This document shows, piece after piece, positions 1 through 15,100 of a stretch of 64,000 nt of DNA (position 1 is the first letter of the stretch; each line of letters begins with the position of its first letter). Under the pieces are notes generated by a model. It saw nothing but the letters and a program-made list of their open reading frames with translations, searched no databases and was not told the origin of the DNA. The translations under genes and the position numbers were made by a program. Source of the DNA: Antedon mediterranea (taxonomy: Eukaryota > Animalia > Echinodermata); the NCBI RefSeq assembly GCF_964355755.1, contig NC_092671.1:992001-1056000 (forward strand), read 5' to 3'.

Positions 1-111
1 ATGAGGTTACTAATCCTTATCAAGGTGTTGTAAGACTGTTGCCATGATCTTGGCAAAACTTAAGTACATTCTGTAAACCTGTCTACTATCTAATCTAAAA
101 TAAGGCTTCAC

Positions 112-3100
112 CTGATTAAACTGTTCTTGTGCAGCTTTCATATCTAATAAGAGTTTGTCTCTTTCGGTTCTCGTCTCGTCTAACTCGCGTCTCAACTTTG
201 TAAGTTCGTCTTCCATCTCTACCTTCTTTTTCTGCAGCACGTCAACTTCTCCTCCGCGGCTTTCCATTTCTTTAACTTTTGTTTCTAGTTTTATTATAAC
301 TTCCTCTTTTTCTTTATTCATTGATGACACCTTTGCCTAGAAAAATAAACATATATTATCAATTAATGGGGAGAAAACAGAAAATTAATTTCAGTATTCT
401 ACTATCCGTTTTTTAGTTTTCAATCCTGATTTGAATAACATAATTTAAAATATATTTATTGCAAACAAAAGTAGAAATATGAATATATTATGTAGTTTTA
501 ATTTACTCTTAAAAATAAATAAAAAGAAGCTAATATAATGGAAGAAGCAGAGATGTCCCTGAGTAGAATACAGTATCTCATGCTAATACCAGGGAGTTGT
601 TAACAACACCCGGGTAATACCATAGAGATCTCTATGGTATTACCAGGGACTTGTTAACAACACCCTGGTAATACCATAGAGATCTCTATGGTAATACAAG
701 GGAGTTGTTAACAACACCCTGGTAATACCATAAAGATCTCTATGGTAATACAAGGGAGTTGTTAACAACACCCTGGTAATACCATAGAGATCTCTATGGT
801 AATACAAGGGAGTTGTTAACAACACCCTGGTAATACCATAGAGATCTCTATGGTAATACAAGGGAGTTGTTAACAACACCCTGGTAATACCATAGAGATC
901 TCTATGGTAATACAAGGGAGTTGTTAACAACACCCTGGTAATACCATAGAGATCTCTATGGTAATACAAAGTTCAAGATAACTCTTACAATATTTGGTTT
1001 GGAAACTTTATAGCACCTACCTGTTGATTAAGTTTCTGTTGAAGTTCAATGATTTTATTTTCCATTCCTATATTTAGTTTCTTAAAATGTTCAACAGACT
1101 TGGCTTCAATCTATAAGAAAAGTGAATTATTTCAATGTGTTGATATGCTTCAGTGAACAAGTGACAATTTTGAATGCCTTTTATACGCTTGAATGGGCAA
1201 GTTGACAATTGAAATGTTACAAACAATTTTATGTCTATTACTGTAAAATGAAAAGGTTGTTGTCAACAAGAAAAGAAAATATCTCTGTTTTGAACACCTT
1301 ACTAGAAAAATCACCTAACTTGAAAAAAGTGAAATATCAGGAGAATTTGTGAAAGCATAGAGGGCGTTAATAAATAAAAATACTATAGAACGCTCTATAT
1401 ATATGACTGGCTGGTATTAAGAATGCCTCTAAATATTCATACTATTATTAGTTATCCGCACCTTGTTATTAATATTATTATATAATATGAATTCCCAGAA
1501 GTGGCCTAGCAGAAGAGCCTAAAAAATGATACAATATGTTTTTTTCCCATATCAAAATTAATCTACAAATTTGCACTCTTGGCGGGAGACACAGGATTGA
1601 CTTAGAATATCAGAAACCTCCTACGATTAGACTTCTTATAGAAGACTTTTTGAAGTCTGCCTTACTACAGCACATCACCACCATAATTTGGAATGTCAAT
1701 AAATGTATTATGTCTAAAACCATGTGAAATTTAAGTTAAGTAAATTGCAAATCCAATTAAAGTGCTTTGTCTCAACTCCTACGAACAATAAAAACAAATG
1801 TAGAATGATATGTTGAATATAAAAAAAGGAAAAATACAGATACCTTAAGTTGTTTCAATTCTCTCTTTGCATACATTCTTCTTGTACAACATTGTAATAA
1901 TATAATCGCTTTGCGTGCTTTTTGATAAGATCTCCTGGCAAGCAATCCTCTTGTGTATCTTTGTATCGTTGTGGCTCGTGCTTCCCGTAGTACTTCTTTG
2001 TAATAACGACGACCGTACATACCACGAGTGAAAGCTTGGATGGTAACGACCGCCCTCCTGATATGTAAGTAAGCCTTGCGCTGCCTGTAACGCCGCCATG
2101 CTTTCTGTAGACGTATAGTTGCTTTAGTTCTTCGCATGAATTTCACCAATCTATAAAACAAAATTGTGAATTTTATTGTTCCTTGCTTAATTTTTTTTAT
2201 ATTTAATAAAAGCCAAGAATCTATAATACTAAATAGAATATTAACGATCAATAAAATAATAATAATAATTGCTTATATAGCACTTTACCAAGTTGATCAC
2301 ATACTTTGTTTCAGATATAAACAAAAAAAATTATCAATCTCTTATTTAAAAAAAAATATGTTTAAATCACCTTCTTGCATTTGTGGCTCGAATATGTTTC
2401 TGTAAAACAACAGTAGCTGCCTTCAACCGCTTATAACGCTTTCGTTGTAAATATCCACGTACTGTCTTCTGCATACGTACACAAGCCTTCTTTAACAGGT
2501 CTGCTCTCAATTTCTCCATGTAAGCAACTTGTCCCGCACGGAAGAAAATCTTTGTCTTTCCAAACTGATATTTGTCAGGATTCTAGGTTAGGAAAATTAA
2601 AAAAGTTATTTTTTATTATCGTTAAACAATGTTGGTTTCTTTATTGTGCTGAATTAATCAACTGAATTGAACAATTTTTTGGGTTACTATTACTAATAAA
2701 AGCAGTTAGAGGAGAGAAGACCAATAATTACCCGTTGATATACATGTAGTGCTTCTCTCCATTTAAAATACATTCTGTAATCTATCAATATATATTCATA
2801 AATCCAAAGGCAAATTACTGAAAAATTTAAAATGTTGTGGGTATCAGTGGCTGGATCTCGACAATGGAGATACAAAAAACAAATGCGAGAAGCTAAATCA
2901 AAACAATAAAGTAAAACAGCCAGAAAAGTTAGCAGAGCTTTCGGGCAACACTAACCCTTGTATTCTATTGTTTTGCTTTTCATTATTCTAGCAATGACAA
3001 ACTTACTGTTATTAATCTTGTTAGAGTTTTCTCTGCACTTCCTCGCATATTATTCCTATTTGCTTCTTTCTTTATCATAAGAACTCGGTATCTTGAGAAA

Positions 3101-6100
3101 AACTCTGGATAAGTCCACCTGTAATATACAAAATCATGTTACTCTGCCCTTTGTAACAAATTTTATCTCATTATCATATTCCTCTTGAAACATACTCCCA
3201 TAATGCAATAATCAGAGCAAATTTTCAACAGAAACCCAACCAGAATTGTCAATTATTTGAACAGAAACAGAAAGAAAAGCCACTTCATAAATATTTATGA
3301 GTCTGTTAGATGCAATAATGGTTCCAAGCGACTGATATACCCTAAAATGGGCCTAAGGAACAAACTAATAGAATTCATTGTTTTTATAATTTAACAAGAA
3401 GATATGTCATATAACAATATTAAAAGTATGTTCACCTTGATGGAAATCCTGCGGCACTGATTCTGATCGTTTCCAACACACCGCAAGCTCTTAGTTGTTC
3501 TACCGCCCTCTTGGGTTCATAACAGAACGATTCTTTCAAATCATTTGGTTTAATGCATCTCACATAATGAGGAGTTGTACTGTTTAGTTTGGTCATCAAA
3601 ATCTTTAAAGAATCTCGGAACTAGAACAAAAAAGCATTTTAAAATATGATAAATATTATTATATTATGATAAAATAATATAACATCTTAACTTGCTAGCT
3701 AAAATCAAAGTCAACTGTGTCTTGGGTTCACTGTACAGTTACTATACACTTTATTTTATCTATAACCAAATTCTTTTTCACCTCACCTTAAAATTACCTC
3801 ATGCAATTTGTTTGCAGTATATATCATTATCAACCAGGTAACTCACCATTTACAGTACAACTACAACCATGCTAACTACTGTGTGTCATTTTTTCCTATT
3901 TATTTGTAGCCACAACCATGGGCAGGCAAGCAAGTTATCCCATGCTATACAGCATCTAACCTAACGCTAGCCTTTCCATCCATTATCTTACTACACTTAA
4001 GCTTCATTCCACAGCCTCTTTAAACGTGAGTGCTAGAGGTTGTGTGTGAGTTTAACGCTAGGACAATCACAAACCACCACCTGTGTATGTAGATCACTGT
4101 ATATAATGATCTTAAATTAACTGTGAAATCTCCACCACCTGTTAAATTATATACTCATTAACATCGATTCTACAATGACATTGACACCTGTGAACACAAT
4201 GAATACCTGTATCAATATACACCACCTGTGATTCATGATTTAGAAAATACACATGTATGTCACATCAAATGAAACAAGTATAGTATTAGATGAGCCTCAT
4301 AAGATATACATTTTTTAAATGGTTCAATAAGCATTTTAAATTATTATTTTGTATCAAAAGCATAACTTTTTTTGTATCAAAAGCATAACTTTAAAAAATG
4401 TATAAAATAGGAATTTTTCTTGTCCTAAGTACTGCTACCATTCGGGTTGCTTAAGTATGCACTCAATATATTTTTTCATAAAGAATATAAAGCTATGGCA
4501 GAATAAAGTAGAAATTGACTACTAAATATTATGATGATGATGATCTCCAGGAAATCTTGATTTATTTATGTGATTTAAAGTACTTACTAAATATTCATTT
4601 GTACAAATATGAAACAACAGAGGGCAACAAGATGCTTACAATTAGAGTTGGTGACGTAATACCCTCTGCAACCACCCTCCATTCAGGGATTGCGGTAGAT
4701 GCTGAACCTATCACAATTGTAAGCATCTGTTGATGTTCTATACGCTATATATTGCTTAACACTTGAATGGACAATTGATCTATTGTGTTATTAACCTATT
4801 GATATTAGTGAATATGTTGTATGTTAGTATAAATAGTGTTCACACTTTGTTAATTAAGGTTAAGTTTGTGATAAATAGGAACTACAAATTACTAACTGAC
4901 AAATCTTAAACACATCAAATTCAGTATACAGTATTATTATATTTTGCCGGGTGTACTGTATAATGTGCAAAGAGTACATGCAAGTTATCAAAGACTAAGC
5001 TATAAAAGAATCATAGCAAACATATTATTTTTCCCGCTAACCATGATATACTGTATATGCCAATTTGTTTGCATTTTGTTTATAGGTTGTTACCATGGAT
5101 ACCAACCTGACTTCCGACCGATTTCTTCATTTCTTTTGATTTGCTTTTAGAATCCTGAAGCTGGAAACCACACAATTATTTAAGTAAAGTGACAAAATAT
5201 TGTCACCATTCCAGAAATTAGTATTAGAACGAACTTAATTTCACTCTCTTTTTGAAATCAATTGAAAATGCTCAGTTTTAAGCTAAATACTAAGAATTCA
5301 GGTCTACTCTCAGCCTCAAAGTAAACATATTTCTTAAATGAGAAACCAATTTTGTGAAGACCTACTATTACAAATCATTTTGTCTTTTAGTTACGTCATT
5401 ATGCATTGAGATCAATTACTGCTCCAAAAATGTGGTTTTTTTTATTTTGCAGGAATACTTAATTATATGATTCTTTGCTAGCATACAAATACAATATGAC
5501 AATGATAAAATGTAGGATAAAGGATACCAAATAAAATAAATTTAATATTTAAACAAAAATGAGAAAAGTATTATTAATAAAATGCATAACATTGGGAATT
5601 GCAAATAAACAAATGGTTTTAAAAAATTATGAGAAATGAATGCATGTTAGCATATGAATACAATATGTAATCAATATAGTAATGAATGGCTGTCACTATA
5701 TTGATGAATACTTGAATGTCTCATCTCTTAAGTACAGTCTTAAGTAAGATGCATATATGTTCTACCAACTTAATCTAAGACTTTTAGTATAATTTAGTCA
5801 TTTGGTCATTAATTTACAGATTGTCTATGTTGGAGATTATCTGTATTGAGCAGGACGAATGTCTTTAATCCGATGAGCCGAGAGATTATCTGTATTGAGC
5901 GGGACGAATGTCTTTAATCCGATGAGCCGAGAGATTATCTGTATTGAGCAGGACGAATGTCTTTATCGTCACTTACCTGGGAACCAACAGATTTTTTGAA
6001 TTGTTTCTGCGTCCTCACAGCTGGGGTCATTGGTTTTATTGCAGATCTCTTTGGGTCAACTGCTTTTGTGTTCTTGTCTCTAAATAAGTCTGCTACAAAC

Positions 6101-9100
6101 TCATACTACATAGAAAAATAAAAATCAATTTTCTAATTTATATATTGCTTTTAACAATTAGTAGATTGTCTCGAAGCAAATAAAAATTGAGATCAGAGAT
6201 GAAACAGAATGTAACAAATCCCACCCCATTTTTAAAATAAAATATTCTTTATTCATCATCTTAAAAAATGAAAACATAAACACAATAAAAAAGGAAATTT
6301 AGAGATAAAAAAAGAAACACATAAAAACTTATGATGAGCTTGATAAATATTGTCCTTCAAAACTACGAGAAATTATATATATTATATGTCTTACTCAGTT
6401 AAAAAAACAACTATCTTTACAAAAATCTTAATTTTACTGAGTAGAAAAAACACCAAAAAAATGGATTCAAAAATATTACTGTCCTTCTATCGTAATCCAA
6501 TGTATAATATTACCTGACTTGCACGGAGAATATTGAGATGTTCATCATTGACGTTGTCCCTATTCTTTTCCACAAAGCCTTCTGCTGTGTATTCAACCTT
6601 GTCAGCAAAATGATGCACAACGTACGAACTGTTAGACGTTCTAGGCTTCGTGAAATGCTTGGATTTGTTAACATGTTGAGAGTATAATTTCTGACACCAG
6701 TTGTCATCATTGCCTTTAGGTACCTGAAAATAAACAGATGTTTTTTTATGTGTTTGCTTATTTCAAATCTATTGATATAAGTTACAATCAATTTAGCCTT
6801 ATTTTAGTAGTTAAACCAACTCTAATTTAACTTCTCTTGTGTCCATTTTTTTGTCTTTTACGTATGATATTGATAAGCATTATTTACAATATAATTATTT
6901 TATTGGTTAAACCAACTCAAATGTAACTCTTGTATCCAGTTATGTGCTTTTAAGGCAATAACTAAAATATGCCATGTTTGTTGCTAAATCGTATTGATGT
7001 AATTGTTCTTAATTGAATAATTTATAATATAGCCATTTACTATGACAATTGTAATGTTAATTTTAGCACCAACATGATTAATTCAAATGTATTTTAGTGT
7101 AAAATTCAGATGAAATAATACAAGGGTTTCTCCAAAAGAGACAGAAAATTGTGTTTTGTCTATTTTTTTTTTAATTTACTCGTATGAGTATATAATTAAT
7201 TAAAATGTATTTTAGTATAAATTGTAATCTTTTTCAATGGCACCTACCATGCATTCCTCATCCAACAGATCCAGTATTCCCAGTTTGTTTTCAATAAGAT
7301 CTATACATGGCTGGTTGTCATAAAAATCAATCATGTTCCATTCTATTTTCTCACGGATATATTCCTCTTGCTCCAATTTGAAAACATGCTAAAAGGGATA
7401 TTGAAATAAAGGTAAAATAAATATCATGGTTTTAACTATACAAAGCAAAGTGAATTTCCATTTTAAATGGACCAATAAAATTTCTTGAGTGGTTGCATCT
7501 AAATGGAGGTACAACTAAAATAAGCAAAAAGCTAAAGAGCTTTCAGGTAACACTAATCCTTCCTCAGTACAATCACTATATTTGAAAACATTTGAAACAA
7601 ATATTAAAACTTAAAATGTTGAATATTAATTTAGACTCTATTTGGAATATCCTAATATAAAGATTAAGCAATATTATTTCAGAACTTATTAAATATGTTA
7701 TCGTTACCTGCGTAAATTGTTGCTGTAACTTCTCATTTGCATAATTTATGCAAAACTGCTCAAAGCTATTTATGGCAAACATTTCAAACCTACACACAAA
7801 TTTAAAAGAAAAAAACAAAATTTAATATGCAATTTTGAGAATGGAGACTAGCTGTAACACCACTACAAAAAGTATTAACTCATTTCTTTAACTTTATAAA
7901 TCTAGATAGAAAAGAACCTACCCATAAATATCAAGTACGCCAATAAAGTTGTGTGCTTTCGTTGTCGGTACAAGAGCTTTATTTACTTGTTTCACAATCC
8001 ACTTGAATAATTGAGCATAAATGTGTTTTGCTAATGCATCACGCCCATTTAATGCCTGCAACAAATATTACAACATATTGTTAGTAGTATAGCAGGAAAA
8101 TAGGCAGCTTTAGATTTGCCAATTAACAACCTAGGAGCAAGTTAGGTTATATCAATTGATGTGTCATTGGTCATCGCAAACCACCAAAACGGTCTTGAAG
8201 TGGGGACGAGGAAGCACATCCCAACTTTACAGTGACTGTGAATTGACATGACCTAGGTAGTCAGTTGTCGTAAATCAAAATTTCATAATGATGATGATGA
8301 TAAAGAAGACGAAAAGAATGTATGAAAAGAGGCATGCTTTACTGTACCTCAGCGTCTGAACAGAAAGAAAACATCAACAAATAACCGATGAGAAAAAAAC
8401 ATAGATAGACTTGAGAAGACGAAGCAGGAGGCAATATAAACCAATGCTAACCTGTTGGTAGGGTAACGGTTTGGTCAGCACTTCTCTAACCGTCACTATC
8501 TTACGATTCACTAACCACTTTCTCATCTGACCTTCTTCAATGCCAAGTAGTTTACACAACACCCCAATATTTTCATTGTCCCTCTGAAAAACACAAACAT
8601 TATTTTAAATTAAAAAATATTGCAATAAATGAAGACAAAATGTAAAAAATCTATCCTGAAGAAAGTATAGATGTTTACATGGCAGAAAATAACATAAAAC
8701 AACATGCATGTTGACATTCCTCACCTACCTCAACCAATTTACCTTCATAAAAATAATAAACTATTTTCCCTCAATCTATCCTAGCAAAACAACATATTAG
8801 TCGTTGGCAATCACAGCAAACAACTGCACATCAATTTATTTTTATTTATTAAAATAATATTTGACTTGATATGTATTGATGGTGATGAAGAAATAAAATA
8901 ATTTAAGTACACACTTAAGTATCAGATCACCTAGCTTATTTGTGAAGATAAAGACTGTACTAAAATTGTTGGGTGCACCTAAATCTATCTGGCAGACTGT
9001 AGGTGTTTTTATTTATGTTATTAATGTCATGCTTATGTGTATTGGTATGTTAAGCACACTGAGCTTCCGTTAAAATTCATTCTTAATTAGAATAAAATAT

Positions 9101-12100
9101 TTCCATGGTAACATCATTGTCGTACATAATCAATGAAAGGAAATTAAAATGCAGTGAATTCAATTTATAGAAAAGTTGAATTGAGATTCATAAAACAGAT
9201 TTAATATTTACATTAAGGTTTAATTCTGATTCATTACATTCAATATTAATGTCCAAAGCAAAGATAAAATGTGTAATATATGGATTAAACAATAGTACTG
9301 TAGCAACAACAAGCTATTTCAAATCAAAAATATTCCTGAAGAGACGTTGGTCACCTTTAATTCTTATCCTATAGAAATATATATGTTATATATATTATAG
9401 ACTTTTATATTAATTTTTAAATAACTAAGTTGCAAAGTAAAATGTTACTACTTCAATGTAATCTATTGAAAATGTTCTGTTTTTCACTTTAAAGCATAAT
9501 AAGCCAAATTCATTACATGTAAATCAAAAACATCAAATATCAAAACAAAAATGTTCTTTTTTAAAAATTGCAGATTGTACAATAAATTGTTTATAAAGGT
9601 CTCTGTGTAATGTTGCTGCGTAAACAAAACCTACAGCACTATTAGGTAGCTAAAGCCAAACATGAAGTGCTGATAATGTCATAGAATATTATAATTGAAA
9701 GTGTCAGATATTACTCTCATTAAACAATAATAAACAGTTGATTGATTGTGTGTTAATAAATACATTTCTTATGATGACAGTCTGTGAAAATGTGATGAAT
9801 TCCTCTTATACTAATGTGTAAATAAAGACTCAAACATTTAAAGGTTAAACTATCATCTTGTAATGTATTATGATTTGAAATAAATGTTGTGAATTTATGT
9901 AAAAAGATTGAAAAGAAAAAAGCTCAAACTAACCTAAGAAAATGTGGCTTAAAAATGCAAATTTTATAAATCTAAAAGGTGACCAAAAAGAATGTTTTTA
10001 TTGCTATCTACAAGCAAAGGAAAGGGTGATTAAAATGCAAGTAATTAGCGGGTGATTAGTGAACCACTTGCCTCCAAGAAACACCTTGTATCAGAATCCA
10101 GCTACAAATTAAAATGACATGTTTAGTTGACCTGGGTCATGATACAGAGGAAGGGCACATGCAATAAGCTTATATATTATCACTTGGGCTGGTACATTGT
10201 TACTTAGTCCATATATTCTTACCTATAGTCCATTTTTTAATTAGGCCATACATTCTTACCAGGGACGTACATTCTTATTTAATCTCTGCCTACACTATCA
10301 AACTTTATGTGACAAAAACATGTGCCGATATATGGACACAATGATGTCATATCACTAAAATATTTGGGCATATCCCACTTTGTTGTCAAACTGATAGTGT
10401 AGACAGAGCTTTAGGCCTACCATTACTCATTATCAGGGAGAATGTCACTCTGCTTTCTATCACATCCTTACTTTGTTTTTAGCATACACATTATATTCAT
10501 GCCATACATAGCTTACTATAGACATGCAAGTTTATTAAGTCTGCATGCTTAAGTATGGCCAACATGCTTTCTCCATAACATGCTTCAATGTGCATTCAAA
10601 GCATAAATATAAAGACATCTAGAATGAACAATGTGCTTTCAGCATTGCAATCAATGTATTAGGCCTTTTCTTATACATTAGAAATGACTATTTAGAGCAA
10701 TATTATAATACTGTTTCATATAATTGTGTTAATAGCACAATGATCATTTTATTCTCACCTCAATAGAGCTGTTATCACCTCGTTCAGGTTTCACTTCTAC
10801 ATTGCCGAAATGCAAAACAGCTGCTACTACACGAAATATGGACATCTGCGTTTCTTCACTTATTCCTTTAATATAATAATAAACAATTTTTAAATGTTAT
10901 ACTGAAGTGGCAATGGGTAATCAGTTATGCTGTATGATTTGATTTGATTTGGAAAATAATTATAAAATACATACAAAAGTAATAACATTAATTACTGACA
11001 TTAAAAATAATATACAGTACATTTAGGAAAGAATTTCAAGGATAGTCCATGAGCGTTTTAGCTTATTTCCATTGGGAACCTTTTTTAATCTAAAAACAAT
11101 ATATATTGTTTGAGATTTTACAAATCCATAATTTTCCAAATGTTGTCTAATTTCTAGTATTTTGCAATATAACTCCACTTTTGATTACATAAAATTCACA
11201 TATACAAAAAAAATCATATTTTTCTCTTCTGATAAATATTTTAGAATCAATAGTGACATTTGAGTAACTACAAATTCATCTGTTTGTATTTATAATTTGA
11301 TCTTAATCTTTAATTTGATATGGTTCACTAGTTACAGAATGATTTTGCAATCAAAACTAAATGTGCCATATTACATTGCAATGTGTGTCTGCTTGTAGAT
11401 CATAAGGAAATGGCTGATCATTACATATGTTTTAGATAATGACAATGAATAATAACTATGAATAGTTTTTATTCATAATAAATGTGTTCATAATAAATTG
11501 ATGTACACAATGTTTCTATTAAAAACTAGGATCACATCCGATATTTGACTAGTTTTGGAATTCCCTTATTAGAAAAACTTTTAGAATCCATTACTAAGTA
11601 CCAGATAAATTTTTGCATTACTGACTCAAAAAGAATTGAGAGACTTTAATTAGAAGGAGAGAAATAAAAGAAAAAAAGGAGAAAAGAAGAGAATGCTTGA
11701 TTTACCAACAAGTTGAAACGCATCTCTAGTTTCTTCTAAATCATCCCTATCATTGATGCCAACCACCTCTGGAGCTTCTCCCTGATTCGTATAAAAAAAT
11801 TCATCTGGATGCCCTATGAATAACAAACAGTTACAAACATTAATTTATACATAAATCATCTATTTTATATTTGTTAGTACTTGAAAATGATGTACAGTAT
11901 TCAATATACAGAATAAAAGTGTTTACTATTTAGAAACTGACTGAACAACATGTTTAACTAAGTTTTAAAACAGTTGAGTACAAGAAAAATCAAGAAAACG
12001 CTACATAATTAACATTTGATTATGTTATTAATAATATCAATCAATCAAATTCATAACACTCCATAATCCTATCTTTTTTTCATTCATCATTTAACACATC

Positions 12101-15100
12101 AATCTGTTAAAATAATATGCATTACTAAAATTATTAATTATTAAAAATAAATTAGTAAACCTATCTCCAGGATGTTTAAAATAATTACAAAGATAAATGT
12201 TTATGCCACCATTTGAAGAATTAATTTAATCACTTCCTACAGGATATTACCATCCTTTTTTTATTCCAAATAATTCCTATGAAATAAATTCAAAGAATTC
12301 GTACAATAAAAAGGAAGTTATGCTGTCAATCAGTTGCACCAAAAATGACAAACATTATATTATTTTACTTTTGGGAGTAACTTTATTCATGTTCTGTGTT
12401 TTGTAGTTGATTAGGTTACCCATACCAAAGAACCTATAAACACAAGAATCTCTCGGCCGTCCAAAAAATCAAAACTTCTAACATTTCAAAAGGCATTGTG
12501 GGCTAGAATGTGTGACCTTGTGACTCTGACACAATACAGAGAAATCTCTCAATACTGGACACCTTTGGGTTGACCAAATATGTCAGATTTTCCGGAAAGT
12601 CTGGTATTTGGAATGTGTTTTTAATGGTAAAAATGAATTTGGGACTATTTGAACCTTGAGAAAAGTTTGGTATTTGGAAATTTCTCGTTTTCAGAGAGTC
12701 CAATATTGGGAGATTCAACAGTACAATATTTTAAATGAAAACTGAGACAGGAGATTTTTGTGTTATAGGTTCCTTGCGGAGATTCTTGTGTTATATATTC
12801 CTTGCTCATACCTAATTGAAGCTCTTGTAATTCTGGTAAATCAGAGCTGGCGCATAATTGGTAGAATATATGGTAGTTCCTTTCCTCCGATGCTTGGAAC
12901 ACAACTCTTGTTTTCTCCAGTAAATACGTCCTCATGTGCGCTCCAATTATGTGATGTATTTTGTTAAAACTAATCTCAACGTACTTGCCGAACCTACTAC
13001 TGTTGTCGTTCCTTGTTGTCTTGGCGTTTCCAATTGACTACAATATAATAATTTTATTTAATTCAATTTGTTAATTTATCTATTTGAAATACTGTACAGT
13101 AGAATCCATATTAAGAGGACACTTTCAGGACCCAATAAATTATCCTAATATTAGGGGTGACCCCTAAATACAGGGTTGGCTGTAGTGTTAAAACATTGGC
13201 TATCGTTTATTTCCCTAAAAATTGTACTGAATAGGAGTGTCCCAACTGTAATGTATAAAAATACATACAATAACATTACTATACAAAGAAAAAGTAAACT
13301 GATTGCAAGATTTAAAAACAAAATGACTTGATACTTAAGATGACATTAAACGTAATGCTGCTGTGATTAAATTATTTCTACTTGTTTCAAATATATTAGA
13401 AGACAAAGATATTCCACTTCAATGCAATAATCACGCAGACAGTCCAGATACTATAAATCACGTTTTATAGATAGCAGTTTATGTTTAATTTCTAGAAATC
13501 CAAATCATTACTGTATATAGCATCTGAATCGTGTTTAACTAATGTAGTCATTATGTTGATTTTATGTTATTGTCATTGGTCATATGTAATCTTTAAATTA
13601 AGATATATTAAGGAGTATCACGTATGTTTTTGAATGTAATTTTTTTTTTAATATTTGAGATTAATTTCTTCTATTGATGCTCAGTATTTCTAGAATTCTG
13701 TAGCTTCACAAGCTAATCGCCTCAGCAGTCTCGGCGGGTACAGCAGTATAGAATACTGTAGCTTCACAAGCTAATCGCCTCAGCAGTCTCAGCGGGTACA
13801 GCAGTATAGAATACTGGCTATATAATAAAGGGTTTTCCCCCAATTAACAGAAGCAGAAGTTGAATATATTTATCATTTTCGCTGTTGTTAGTGAAAGCAA
13901 GCAAAACCATATTGAGGATAATTGCCCTAGGCTAGTTGTACTATGATGCAGTTCAAAAACAAACCTAATTCACATATTAAATTCTCGTTTACATACTGCA
14001 GTAAATAAACACTAAATTTACAAAACAATGTATACATTTCTGAGTACATAGGTAATTGTTCTTTTGATGAAAAGGTTTTATCTTGTCTTTTCTATGCCCA
14101 TTGATTTGATTCTAGCAATGATATTAAAATTATTCTGAAATAATTTAATTTAATTTTTACATAATTTTACCAACTACAAAGTTAAGCTTTGTCTACACTA
14201 AAAAAGAATGTGATGTGCCCAAATAAGGTGGTGATATGCTCAAATAAGATAGTGATATGACATCATCATGTCCATATATGGGCACATCACATATTTTTTC
14301 ACATAAAGTTTGATAGTGTAGACAGACACATAGGTATATTTGTTAGATAATTTGACTAACTCGTCTAAATTGTACTGAATACTCATTGAGCTCAAAGCTA
14401 ACTCTAGCCATCAGTGCAAGTTCAGTAATATAAATATTCTGGTTTTGTGTCCACTCGTAAAATAAACTTGGAGCTAATTAAATATTCAGTAAAATTATGT
14501 TAGTGTTGGGCAAAGAATCTCTCAATACATCAATCATACCTCCATGATAGGATTAGACGCCAATACTTTCTTTTCAACTTGCGTTTCTTCATATGATCCT
14601 CCGACTGTTGCAAAATATCGCATTGCATATTTTGCAGACACAGTTTTTCCAGCACCACTCTCCCCACTAACAATAATGGACTGGTCCTGTTCAAACCTGT
14701 GAAACACAAACAAGTGACATAATCATTAACTATAATAAAGTTTTAGTTGTAATATTTTAGACCGGTCGGATTATGCCCATAATGAATCTTAAAATCCTTT
14801 ACATGTTGATACAGTTATAGTACAGTCTTAACACTACATTTTAGGGCTGGCAGTCCAACTAGCAAGTTTAATATTCCAAATTCAATTTTAATACTGTACA
14901 GTAGTAGGAAATCAGGAAGAAATGTAGTACAAATTTGGAACCTTTTGATTTTTGGGGGGAAAGTTTCTGGCACAGGGAGTGTACTTATATACTTCTTGTA
15001 TAATGTGATACTCCCCTTTCCCAACACCCTGAATTAACATATGTACTACTCATGAGAATTATTGTATTGTACTATGTGAAATGTGGTAGTGATCAGTATG

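Noticed and set aside
584-969. CRISPR-like array of palindromic repeats, and ORF 640-969
   Set aside because: There are no unique spacers and no cas genes. It is a tandem repeat in a eukaryotic intron, and the ORF is a by-product of a stop-free 54-bp unit.
5833-5965. Hammerhead-like words (CCGATGAG, GGACGAA) in the 49-bp repeat
   Set aside because: The core lacks CTGA and GAAA, and the stems do not form.
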